Assembly (NCBI GenBank): GCA_032718475.1 | Contig: JAUCBJ010002698.1 | Coordinates: 1,708 to 65,707 of the forward strand | DNA: 64,000 bases | Direction: 5' to 3' | DNA from: Nemertoderma westbladi | Lineage: Eukaryota; Animalia; Xenacoelomorpha | Shown here: positions 14,101 to 25,948 of the stretch, one piece after another | Layout of the letters: each line of letters opens with the position of its first letter | Numbering within the stretch: position 1 is the first letter of the stretch | Notes under the pieces: model-generated | Told to the model about the DNA's origin: nothing | Database searches by the model: none | Seen by the model: only the letters and a program-made list of their open reading frames with translations | Program-made: the position numbers and the translations under genes

Positions 14101-14623
14101 GAGTCCCGACTCCCTAGAAGCGCTAACACCCGCGCATTTCCTACTGAAGAAACCTGTAGCCATGCTCCCACAATCGGAAATCACGGACGGAGACGAATAC
14201 TGCCGACAAACTTGGCAACTCATGCAGTTATTATCCCGTCGTTTCGCTGACCATTTCGAAAAACATTATTTGCCTATGCTACAACTTCGAACCAAGTGGT
14301 TTGCGCAGCAAGAAAACATCAGCGCCGGAGACATGGTCCTTATTGTGGAATCAGATCTTCCACAAAAGCGGTGGCAGACAGGTTGTATCATCGAGACTCA
14401 TATATCCGATGATGGTTTAGTGCGATCGGTAGAACTCTTCGTCATGCGACGTAACTTTAAGAAACCTGGAATTGTATTCGAAACACAACAACTCAATCGC
14501 CCAGTTGGTCATTTATGTTTACTGGAAAGAGACAGAGAACTATCCGGAAACTATGGAAGGCAAGATACTCTTCCCACGACCCCCTCCCTAATCCAACAAA
14601 CATCTAGGGACTCCCCAACGTAA
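11146..14623 (+). mobile_element. BEL/Pao retrotransposon 1: pol (RT-RNase H-integrase), 5'-truncated and disrupted
   Basis: KPNEVRVVFD, GPNLL, DIESMFLQV, YMDD (RT); FGDAS, VPRAEL, WSDA, NPADIASRG (Pao RNase H); HAG...CIPC, GVDLFGP, SDKGTNF, GGSWERLI and DGLVRSV (integrase and DUF5641-like tail). Broken by a SINE, a frameshift and a stop. Confidence 0.95.
13036..13197 (+). mobile_element. 5'-truncated CORE-like SINE with an L2-type 3' end, inserted in BEL 1 pol
   Basis: TGTGTCCCTAGGCAAGACACTT (CORE-like), then AAGCGCTATATAAAT and (ATT)n. Flanked by ACTG on both sides; removing it restores ...ILALRLLQ. A second copy lies at ~63520-63700. Confidence 0.8.
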
Positions 14624-14630
14624 CAGCGTC

Positions 14631-14650
14631 TGGAGTGGGTGTGTGACTAC
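14631..14650 (+). promoter_or_regulatory. Putative polypurine tract and 3' LTR start (TGT at 14642) of BEL 1
   Basis: GGAGTGGGTG|TGTGAC; the TGT begins 19 bp after the pol stop and is followed by T-rich sequence, the usual BEL PPT/U3 arrangement. Confidence 0.5.
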
Positions 14651-16365
14651 CTTATTTTATATTTGTTTTTTATTATTTTTATATTTATGTATGTATTATT
14701 ACGTGAATTTATTATTATAATCGTTTTCTTTAATTTTATTTAGTAGAATATTATTTTAGCGATTATTTAGTAGATTAGTGCAATATATATCTTCGTGTTT
14801 ATTACTTAATTACTTAACATTATATATTTAGTTTAACGGCGAGAAACAATTCATTTTCTCTTTCCTTACTGTCCGTATCATATTATAAATACGTGACCAC
14901 AGTAACATGAAATGTCCGTACTTATTAAAGTACAAAATACCGCCCCCTACTATACTCAAGTGTTATTGGTAAGTAGAGTATTAGGAATGCAAAGTTCAGA
15001 TCCTCGTGTCTCGGCTAAACCAAGCTCTGGGTAGACCTTGGAAACGACTTGCCTCTTCTCACTGACATTGCTTCTTGCAATATTGTTCTCATACCGTATA
15101 TTAAATAATACATATAGTAGAATGATGTCCATTTAACAGTAGCGTAAAACACAGAATAAATCTGTTAAACCCTTTGACCATCTGCAATTCTAGTCGATTA
15201 AGATATCATGGCAACCACCGATATACTTGAAAGACAAAATTCTAGAATCAGTGGGTAACGTTCCCAGACATGTTCTGGAATAAATCGGTGTCCATCTTAA
15301 ATATTTAATATTTAATAAATATTTATAAAATCTATTAAAACAAATGTTATAATAGAGTAAAAAGCAGACAAATAAACTCTAAGGAGTTTGTAAACCAAGA
15401 AAATCTATAAATCCAAAATCTGTTAAAATTTAGATCCTTTAAATTTCTAGTCAATTAAGATATCGTAGCACTTACCGATACTCTTAAAAGGAGAAATTTC
15501 CTAGAATTAAGGATCCTAGTCCCCAGACATGCTTTGGAATAAAATTGTGTCTATTTTAGTGTCAAATAATAAAATTTACGGGAATAATTTTAAATTCATA
15601 TCCTCTCATGAATTAGATGAATTGTAATTTTATACAATTTATAACATTCCCAAAATTCCATTAATTAATAGATCATGGGAGCGGAGATTCACCCTATTAA
15701 ATATATTAGTGTGAGAGAATCTCCAATGTATAGTCAATAGCCGATAAAATTCATAAAATCATGTATAAAGGGGAATATTGACAATTAAAGAATTACTATT
15801 AAATAGCATCCCAGATCTGTATGCATGAGAATTACCCTAATTCTACTGCTAGCTTTCCATAATGTCACCATAGCAACAACCACGCTAGAATTAGAAGCGA
15901 GTTAAAAGTACAATAGAAAGCTTGTCCCATTGAATAGTATACAGAATAAATAGCACACTGCTAGTATACAGGGATACATAATAATAACGTGGCATTCTGG
16001 AAGGCACTTGACTAACGGACAAATGGCCCGAATGTGTACAATTTGTGACAGTTGTGTGGAATTTGTGCATTTATAGGTGAATGTTACTACTAAAGTGTGT
16101 TTACAGTAGCGAGTCGCAGTTGTGAAAGTTGCCCTACCTCTGTAGCAAGAACCTGAAGTAATTCTAAGCCCTTGGCACGGACAGTGGAGTGACTCGCGCT
16201 GGTTATTGTTGTCGTTGTGTAGCTACTACGTTGGCGAGAGGCACAGCGACGACAGTACATCAGCGCTGAGGATCTTGCGCTGTCCAGGGGCATTGAGGGG
16301 GAGGCAGCGACGACCGCTAGCCTAAATATAATTAATTATAATACCGATAAACTCATATAGCAGCT

Positions 16366-18556
16366 ATGACTGAGTTGATAGAAGATGATCTTGGTATCAG
16401 GGAGCGATATACCCTACCATTGCAAGCGTTTGTTGATAGTTTAATAAGCGGCGACGCTAGTCAACCCACTACGGTGGACGATGGCCGTTATATCGAACCG
16501 CCAATGTCAAAGGAACAGCTCACGCGTGAATTGGACTATAGAAAATTCACCGCTCGCTATCGCATCGTAATGGTACGTATATGGACTTCTTAACTACTGG
16601 TCATCCTATTGATTTACACGATACGGATGATGTAGACACCCAAAGGGAAATGGTCCTATTTAAATATCATACCCAGTGGAGTCAGAACGATAAACTGAGA
16701 ATCGAACACGAGAATTCTATTCGAAACCGACTCGAAAGAGAAAACGTTGAAGAGCCGGATAAACGCAGTGACTTCAACAAATATTTGAAATTCTTGAGAG
16801 AAACATATCTCAATGTAGCCAGTCAACAAAATCTAGAAACTCAATATCCTCAAGGTATACATCATAACCCTATGATAGAACTCAAATCACTCTATTTCAC
16901 TATGATGTATCTTACCGCCGATTGACCGCTAACTGTTGTCCCGGATAGCTTCGAACAGATGGAGGAATATTGTAAAACTGGAGATAGATCACCCTCATTT
17001 CCCCTACAAGATGTGCATCTTTGGTATTATTGCGATGAAAACCAACAAACGGAAAGACATAAACATCCGCGGAGACGTTGTGCTAAACACAGTTTTACTC
17101 GCTATACTTACGGGAGTTTCAAGCGAAACTTGTTCGACGTATCACCTACGCTCGCTCGACTCAAACGATCCTTAAACAAACCTATGATCAGAGTTCCGGA
17201 ATACTCGGTCAGACCTCCTCATTCCCTGGTGAGACCTCAGACTCTTGATCCTAATAGTATGACGGATCCTCCTGAACTGTACTCACTGTTCAAAGATCTA
17301 GTGTTACCCGAACAATTAGTCGGTGGCACTCCGGTAGTGGGCTCACTAGATATTCGCCCATCCTACCTAGCCGGATTGGGACGCGGACATTTAATATCGC
17401 CGTTCAACCCGTATAATTGTCCCGGTTTAACCCGAATACAACCCGTCACCGAGGTGGAGGAGAGCATTGTACGAAACGCGTTAGATGCTATTCGGCAAAA
17501 GATCGGAAAAGGAACTTACGATTGTTTAGATAAACGTAAATTGCAGCAGCAAGTCCAAGCGGTAAAAGAATTAGCTTTACCTCAGTTCGATCAAGAAATT
17601 CAGAATCTCGAGGAAGACATCGAACTTGGACGAACCTACTCTCTGCAAGAGTTTTTGGACGAACGCTTCCAACGACAAGTGGAGGAAAATCAGCTCGAGG
17701 AGAATCACATCGAAATGGACGAGAGAGAAGAAGCAGCTTTAGCCCAACCAGAAGCTCAAATTCTTATGACTGATCTCTATTCCAAAACCATCATTCATCC
17801 CTCGATGGTTCCCCATTTCGGAGACAAACTCTTCGCCACGGTACAACCCCAACCGGTTGATATCAACCTAAGATCTAGAGATCTTATCGCTGATGCTCCT
17901 ATGTTACAACGTCCGCCAATCAAGGCCACTCATGTCGACGGTATACTCGTTGAACCTCTGGACAATCGAGCGGATCTTGTCCATCGTATGGTACACGAGG
18001 TCAACCTACGCGCTAGACCTTTACCGAACTCATTTTATGGGATCAAAGACCACCCCTATTATGTCAATTTAAGTCAATATTATATGGTGAAACCGGAAGA
18101 TCCTACATACAGTTTCAAGTTTCTACCATTTATAAATCCCAAGGTGACTTGTTCATAAACTCGCATCCAGAGCTACAAGAAGTTCATAGACGACCATATT
18201 AATATAAAGCCAGAGAACGCGAGTTGGAAAGAACCAGCAAACTGAGAAAATTTCTCACTACTCACGGTCCGCCTACCGCTCTCGTGCAAACGACCCGTCG
18301 GGAACCAGTAAGAGCTGCTGTCCTGAAACGCGCTCTAAAGGCTGTTCGACCTCGTTCCACTGAGGTTGATATCGATCAACCGGGTACCTCGACCGGCAGA
18401 TACACCGACCGCAATCCTAAACCTTCTGATGCAATTGTATTGCACCCCTCACCCAGGAGTTATAGCCCTCCTAGTAAAGTGGCTCACCCCAAAGAGAAAA
18501 AGACTCTTGCTAGCCTCAAACAACTTCATAAACGCCGTTCACGTAAGAAGGACTAA
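16366..18556 (+). pseudogene. Decayed orphan gene (~730 aa) downstream of BEL 1 pol
   Basis: ORFs 16366-16593, 16581-16925, 16959-18158 and 18224-18556 tile 2.2 kb. The middle two share a frame across one TGA; there are two frameshifts and two stops in total. Acidic coiled-coil-like middle, basic C-terminus, no recognised domain. Confidence 0.65.
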
Positions 18557-18633
18557 TAGTTTAGAGTATTTTTATATTTTAGAAACTGTGATTTTTATAT
18601 TTTATAGACTTAAATCCCATTTTCTGGGAGTGG

Positions 18634-19286
18634 TGTAAAAGCTTTTGCGGACATAACAAGTCATTTTTCCCGCAATGCGCAGTGTAGGTGCTTTTGCGGA
18701 CATAACAAGTCATTTTTGCCGCAATGCGCAGAATACTCTAAAATAGCCATGAATTCATTCCCCTACGTGCCGGGAAGAGATTGAAGCTCAGATGACGAAA
18801 TCTGTCAGCTGATTTCCTGTAGACGTGGAACTTCTTTGTTCTGCTCAGCCTATCAGAGCGATTTTCACTTTATGTTGGACAGGGGCCTATGGAAACCCGA
18901 GCAATGCATTACAGTCTTTGTTTACCTTTTTCTGAGCCTCAGAACCGGCTTGGAATTCTTCTGTGCTTCTGTGTGGAAGTTTCAGACTTTGGCCTAAACA
19001 TCTGATGGCTTTGATTATAAGAACGTAAAACTGTTAACTGAATCATCCTGGATACACTGATCATACTCAATTCAACTACCTTACTTGGATACACATTTCA
19101 TAACTGCATTATGTAACACATACTGACTGTTCACCGCATTATTTTGCTTCTGTTATTAATTGGTGTTATGTTAATGGATATTGCTGTTATATTTGGAGAA
19201 TACCGATAAATAATCATAAAACCCCCAATCTTCTTTATTACTGAAGGTGAGAGGAACAGGTTTACTGGTAGCAACTGCGACTTACA
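18634..19286 (+). mobile_element. LTR-like segment (~650 bp)
   Basis: Preceded by PPT-like GGGAGTGG. Starts TGTAA and ends TTACA (inverted 5-mers). Contains a 49-bp tandem duplication at 18641/18690. No partner LTR or TSD is seen. Confidence 0.45.
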
Positions 19287-19811
19287 TTATAGTGGTTTTT
19301 TGTGTGAATTAAATGCTATTTCATAATCCCTACATGTGTCAGTTGCGATCCTCCTTATATATGATCAAATTCAGTGACGGTCGGCAGATCAGTGCGAAGT
19401 AGTGTGAAGTCGTGTGAATTAGTGTGAAGGTTAATAAAGCATCTCCTAAAGAATGCACTTTTTACGAATCTCTTTGGCCATCTAGTTGTGATTAGTATAA
19501 GTCATAACTCTGTTTTATACTTAAAGCGCCATGTACTAAAGGAACTGTTAATATTTCCCCGAAAGTAAATATATTGTCAGAGATTATATAGTAACGATCA
19601 ATCTAATAATACAGTAGGTCTACACTGCAATCACTATCAAAGCATCCGAATCCAGTCTCCCTTAACTGTGGGTGAATGATCGCGCACAGACTGGCTTCGG
19701 CTGATGTAACTTCAGTACATTAAATAATTGATATAGGCTAAAGTCGATTTATAAACAAAAGGACAACTAAAATTGGCAGGTTAAACTGTTAAAGGTCTAA
19801 AAGCGCGAACA

Positions 19812-20652
19812 CGAGTGTTAGGGTGTTTACTGAGGCTAGTCTAGTGACTTGCCTCAGATTCACCAATGGCTTTGTTGGTCGGGGTGGAACATGAGAGTAG
19901 CCTCCAACTCCAGAATCCCTCTCCCCCTCACAATCTGGCCTCCCTGGTGACCCAGGGTTTGGGCCAGAAAGGTCATCAGGAAAGGGACTCAAAGAATTGT
20001 TTGCCGCTCTCTCTCCAGTAGGGGGTGAGAGAGGCAGCCGGTCAGGAGATAACTGACGCCTGTGAGGCCAATTGTGTCCAGTCATTCCACTGGCCTCTAG
20101 TGGCTGGACCTCCGCATTACTAATGTAATCCATAGTGGGGGCTGGGGGTGCTTTTTTGCCGAGTCAGCTCTCGGGGCAAAAACCACACCCTGGTTTGCCA
20201 TTCCACAGGGTGGGTATCGCAGTGGAGTCAGATATGAGGCCCATCACCCATATCTACTCTCGCGCACATGACCCACCATTGGCTGTGCAGCTCATCTGCT
20301 GGGTCATGCCCTGTACCCCTGCTGCCAGGTGCAGGTCGCAGTGAAGTGCACTCAGAGTGGACATGAGAACACTCTACTCCTGACCAGTCATTGGTAGATC
20401 ACCATCTGCCTGGCCAGGCCATATACCCCTGCAGCATATGTATCCTGGATTATGTATCCTATGTATCCTGCATAAGTATATGGGTCCTTAATCCAGGACC
20501 AAGGGCGTCCTTATCCCAGAACGAAGGGGGTCCTAGTTACAGGACCAGATTTGCCCTAGTAAGAGGGTCTATGCAGCTACAGGTGGCACCTCCTTTATGC
20601 TGCATGGAGGTGGCAAGTTTTCTTGATCAATGACCTAGAATACCTGACCTGA
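19812..20652 (-). mobile_element. RTE-clade LINE family A: isolated 5' UTR and ORF N-terminus
   Basis: Near-identical to 56760-57558. The ORF MDYISNAEVQ...TRLASVNTLTL reaches the first APE endonuclease strand and is then truncated. Confidence 0.85.
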
Positions 20653-20654
20653 CC

Positions 20655-23600
20655 ATAATCCTTTCGACCGTGATATGTCGAAGTTCGAACGGGAATCGGA
20701 GTTTAAAGCGCGCCAACGTCGCCGTGACACACATCGTTCCCGTTCGAAACAAACGGGGTCTGTCTCTGTAGTCAGGCTGCCGACAGCTTCAATACCACAC
20801 AACAATCCTCTTCTTTGCATAGGGCTGTTCAATGCTAGATCAATTAACCAAAAAGCCGCAACAATCAAAGATTACATAGTCGACATGAAACTAGACATTC
20901 TGGCAGTTACTGAAACATGGCTGAAAGGGACTGCGGCGGATGATGTTACTACAAGTGAAATCATACCTAATGGTTATAAACTACAACACATGCCAAGAAC
21001 ACATACGATTGGAAGTGGTGTGGGATGTGTATACAATACCACGCTGAATTTGAACTGTAGCCGGGACGAGTCAGTGAAATATAAATCATTCGAATATATT
21101 GAACTAACTATGTTATACATGGGGATATTATTCAGGTTCGTTATAATCTACCGTACCTGCCCCTCAAAGGAAAATGGACTAAATATTAATATTTTTAATG
21201 GATAATTCTGTGACATGATGCAGCGACTAGTTGTGTCCACTGGACGATTGATTATACTGGGTGATTTTAACTTCCAAGTTGACGATAAATGTGATAGAGA
21301 TGCTACGGCGTTTTTGGATCTGATTGGCTGTTTTGGATTAGAACAGTTAATAAATGAACCGACTCACTCGAGAGGTCACACACTGGACTTAGTATTGACG
21401 CTCACGGACGACGATATGAAAGTTAAAGACATATTTGTGAGTGATATTGGCTTGTCGGACCATTACCTTGTAAAGTTTAATATCGACTTGGTGAAGCCCA
21501 AATGTCCGATAGCCAATATTTCATATAGGAAAACAAAGTCTATTAACATAATGAACTTAATTGGTGATATCGAAAATACAGCCCTTATCAAAAATCCCAG
21601 CGATGACATCGAGGAATTGGTGAAACAATATACGGAGACCCTATCAAATGTACTTAACAAGCATGCCCCACTAGTACACAGTACCAAGGTTAAACGACCC
21701 TCAGCACAATGGTACAATGATACAATTACATTGGAGAAAAAGAAAAGGCGACAACTTGAACGTCAATTCAGGAAATCCAAACTGAAAGTTGATCAACTTG
21801 CGTACTGGGAGCAGTGTCAGGTTGTGTCAAATGCACTCAACTACGCAAAGCAACAATAATGTAAGGGAATAATAGAGTCGAATAAGGGAGATCAAAAGAC
21901 ACTATTCACTGTTCTCAATAAAATCTCATATCAAGAACGGAAGGCCAATCTCCCGAATTACGACAACGAGGAAGAGCTGGCTAAAAGATTTGCAACATAT
22001 TTCGACCAGAAGATATGCATAATTCGTGATGAATTGATGATGAATGTATAATTCTCAGACAAGGGGGTTAACATGTACAGATACTGTAACCGGCGTGGCT
22101 CATATCGGTGTCGGAGCTGCTGGAGCGGTTCACCCAGGTGTCGGAGCGGCTGGAGCAGTTCACCCCGGTGTCGGAGCTGCTGGAGTGGTTCACCCCAATG
22201 TCGGAGCTGTCGGAGCGGTTCACCCCAGTGTCGGAGCTGTCGAAGTGGTTAACCCTGATGTCGGAGCAGCCCGAGTGGTTCAACCCGGTGTCGGAGCTGC
22301 TGGAGCGGTTCACCCCGGTGTCGGAGCTGCTGGAGCGGTTCACCCCGGTGTCGGAGCTGCCGGAGCGGTTCACCCCAGTGTCGGAGCTGCTGGAGCGGTT
22401 CACCCCGGTGTTGGAGCTGCTGGAGCGGTTCACCCCTGTGCCGGAGCTGCTGGAGCGGTTCACCCTGGTGTCGGAGCGGTTCATCCCGGTGTCGGAGCAG
22501 TTCACCCCGGTGTCGCGGGGAGAAGACTCAGCAAATTCAATGAGATAACGGCAGAGGAGGCAGACAAATTAATACGCGATTCAAGGACAAAATCAAGTCC
22601 GCGGGATCTGCTACCGACATGGTTGCTGAAACTTTCAATCGCACCGCTACTTCTGGTTATAACGCTGATTATAAATATTTCGTTGTCCGCTGCAAAGATG
22701 CCAGGGTGTCTGAAAGAGGCTGTCCTCACACCTGTCCTAAAGAAGGCTAGGTTAAACATGGAATTCCTCAAGAATTTTCGACCAGTATCCAATTTGCTAT
22801 TCATATCAAAACTAGTAGAGAAAGTAGTGGGAAGTCAATTAATGCGTCACATGAACTTACACAAATTGGATATGCAAAGCGCTTACAAGAAATATCACGG
22901 TACTGAAACTGCATTATTAAATGTCATGGACGACATACTCACTGGCATCGATGGAGGATCAGTGTGTCTGCTCGTTGCTTTGGATCTTAGTGCGGCGTTC
23001 GACACTGTCGAACACAGCAAACTGCTCGATATTCTGGAACGTGAAATAGGGATTGATGGTTTGGCTCTAGAATGGTTCCGCTCATACCTATCGGAACGTT
23101 CGCAGCAGGTGCGCATTGGGGAATCGTATTCGAATAGTTTTGCACTCAAATACGGATTACCGCAGGGCTCTGTCCTTGGGCCACTACTATTCCGAATATA
23201 CACCCGGTCTCTATCATCTGTCATTAAGCGGTATGGGTTGTATTACCATTTCTATGCTGATGATACGCAATTGTACATTGTTTTTAAACGAGATGAGTTG
23301 ACAAATGCCGTCGATATCTTGGAAAATTGCCTTAGAGATATACAACAGTGGATGCGTGAGTATTTCCTAAAGCTAAATACCGATAAAACAGAAATTATTC
23401 TACTCCAATCAAGGTTCGGTCTGCAAGTTGATGCACCTGTTATTACAGTTGGTAACGATACTGTGGGATGCAGCACATCAGCACGAAACATTGGCCTTAT
23501 AATAGACTCTCATTTAACACTCGTGAAACAAGTGGGGGTGATTGTTTGAGAATCATTTTTCCACCTTCGGCGCCTATCAAAGATAAAACGTTACATGAGT

Positions 23601-24595
23601 AAAGAATGTCTACAGATTTTAATACACACGTTTATTTTAAGCAAAATTGACAATAACAACTCACTGTATTATGGACTACCAGGTACGGTGTTGAAGAGAC
23701 TACAATATGTACAAAACTCGGCCGCTAGATTAGTTGCAGGGGTTAAGAAACGAGACCACATAACGCCAACCTTACGTGCACTTCACTGGTTACCTGTATG
23801 TCGCCGAATAGAATACAAAATTGCGTTGATAACGTATAAATGTCTACACGGTATGGCGCCTGATTATTTGACGAAACGGCTGACCCCATACGCTCCTACT
23901 AGAAACTTACGGTCCAGTGAGCTAGAGTTGCTCCAACCCTCGCGCTATAGACTTACCCACTATGGCAAGAGGGCATTCTCCGTCGCTGCTCCCACCATAT
24001 GGAACTCACTGCCTGTGGAACTCCGACAAACCGTTACAATCGGAGCATTTAAGAAAAAGTTAAAAACGCATTATTTTAAATTGGAATATAACAATGATAA
24101 ATTTTTATACGCAATGCATTTTTTTTTTTTTTTAAACTCAATGTTCAATTTACTTTCAGTTTTATCACATACGTTGAATTTGTTTTAGATAACTCCGCCA
24201 GCGTTCTTTTTCAATCACCCTTTGCATTCATTAGTTTCAACTCGGCCAGCCCTTATGTTTGTTCTTAACCCAGATCTTGTCCGTTTTTTAATTAACGCAT
24301 ATTTTTTAATTCATTGAATGCTTTAAGTTGAAGCGCCTAGAATATATAGCCCATAGAATTACAGCATCTTGAATAGCATCGCCAATAACATTTTAACTTC
24401 AATTGATCGTTTTTAATCATGTTTTTAAGTTACAACCCATGTTTTTAGCTAACTGTTTAACGTAATTTAGTATTTAGTAAATTTGGTCTGTATATTGTGG
24501 TTGTATTGTGCAGTTCTGTTGTACCAAGCGCCTTGATCTACTGCACTTTTGTAAAGGCGCTATATAAATCATTATTATTATTATTATTATTATAT
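20655..24595 (+). mobile_element. L2 (CR1/L2 group) LINE: ORF2 pseudogene plus 3' UTR
   Basis: APE motifs FNARSI, AVTETWL, GDFN, SDH. RT motifs LDLSAAFDTV, PQGSVLGP, YADDTQLY. C-terminal HITPTLRALHWLPV, RAFSVAAPTIWNSLP. 3' end AAGGCGCTATATAAAT(ATT)n. Several stops and frameshifts. Confidence 0.95.
22107..22514 (+). repeat. 30-bp minisatellite inside L2 ORF2 (GVGAAGAVHP repeats)
   Basis: About 12 units of GGTGTCGGAGCTGCTGGAGCGGTTCACCCC plus two 21-bp units. All lengths are multiples of 3 and in frame with the downstream RT. Confidence 0.95.
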
Positions 24596-24596
24596 T

Positions 24597-24910
24597 AATC
24601 CAACCAGGCACTATAGAACGTTGCAGGTGTCTCATTGGTTCTCCCGAGCTTTACACTTGAAGCCGCCTCCGATTTACAGGATATTGTTTTTTCCTTGAGG
24701 ACCAGCCTGTTCACAATCTTGTGCTTTAGCATTCCCATGGAGAAAATAAGCATGGTGGACAGGACAGGCCATGACTTTATTGAGACGAATCTTAAATGAA
24801 ACTGGCCTTGGAGATGCGGACAATCTCGCGAAAGGTATGGGGGATAGGGAGTTGTGGAGGTGCAACTTCGATGATAAGCCGGCATAGCATTCTTAATGAA
24901 CGCTGCATTG
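24597..24910 (+). mobile_element. Diverged 3' fragment of RTE family A
   Basis: Inverted, more diverged copy of ~25975-26290 (GAGGACCAGCC...GGGGATAGGGAGTTGTGG...AGCATTCTTAA). Confidence 0.8.
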
Positions 24911-25668
24911 GGCTTGCCAATTGTGGATTGCATTATGGTGACAAAATGTTTTTGTTAAGTTGGCATACCATCTCAATGTGCAGTTTCAATGCAGCAGGCC
25001 GATTATAGATAGATAGATGTACACTGTACAGTATACAAAGATATTGGTACTAAATTCGCAAAATTCAGGTTTTGGTTGTATGACATTGATAGTAGGCTCA
25101 TTCGATGGGAAATTAGTCTGTGTAGACATCATCGAAACAATATTAGAATGAATCTTGAGATATTTCACAGAAATGTGTATCCCTGTTCAAGTCAACATTA
25201 ATCATTTAATGAGATGTGCCATATATGTATTTTTCTCTATAAACATAGCTTCCGATTACCTCACATATTAAACAAGAGTCTCATTCGAAACGCCATCATT
25301 GATATAGTGGGTATAGAAAAGATCAACAGTAGAGTCAATATAGATCTTGACATATTTCACAAAATGTATAGACAGGTGCAATAGTTTGGTATGCTTGGGT
25401 CGAGTTGAGCAAGCAAAAAAGTTGTATTCAATACCTCAAGAAATTATCACTCAACTCTTGTTTTCATGATGTCTACCCCAACTAAATAGACTATTGCGCT
25501 TCGAATGGGCCTTTTATGAAATACATACACCTATATGAAATACCAAAACTTGATGTTTGTACATTTATTGAAAATATATCCTTCTAAAGACTAGTAAAAT
25601 TTTGAAACCCTAGGGGCTCATCTTCAAATTCCCACAACCTTAAAATATTGGCATCACATCGATTTTCG

Positions 25669-25945
25669 TGATAATCGGCAACTTGTTAGAGGTCATGCAT
25701 TGCGTTATGAAATTCCAAAATTTCAAGAAATAATTTAAAAGAAATTAATTTACTGACTAATATGGTGGAAAGAAGAAATAAGACTATTTCGTTTTCCAAT
25801 AAAAACATGCTGCTTATTGGACAAACACAGTGAACTGCAAAAGTAAACTGCGTTGTTGACAGGGGAAGCTGGAAAATAATACCATGGCAACGATTCAGGA
25901 AACAATAAAGTAGCGGCGAAAGGGATAGAATAAAGTTTAGAAAAA
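25669..25945 (+). repeat. ~277-bp direct repeat, copy 1 (copy 2 = 57567-57715 plus 62575-62702)
   Basis: TGATAATCGGCAACTTG...AAAGTTTAGAAAAA recurs with about 9 substitutions, split by the gypsy insertion. Confidence 0.9.
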
Positions 25946-25948
25946 AAA

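Noticed and set aside
16090-16293. Minus-strand ORF ending RLATVNTL, similar to RLASVNTL of RTE family A
   Set aside because: Only 8 residues match, with no further endonuclease motifs and little DNA similarity. It cannot be distinguished from chance.
16366-18556. env gene interpretation of the orphan ORF
   Set aside because: No visible signal peptide, transmembrane segment or Cys-rich ectodomain.
19960-19990. Possible hammerhead or HDV-like ribozyme in the RTE 5' region (minus-strand CTGATGA)
   Set aside because: No GAAA and stem II follow, and I could not assemble an HDV core by eye. An Infernal or RNArobo search would settle it.
22107-22514. CRISPR-like 30-bp repeats
   Set aside because: Head-to-tail units with no unique spacers, no cas genes, and a eukaryotic LINE context.
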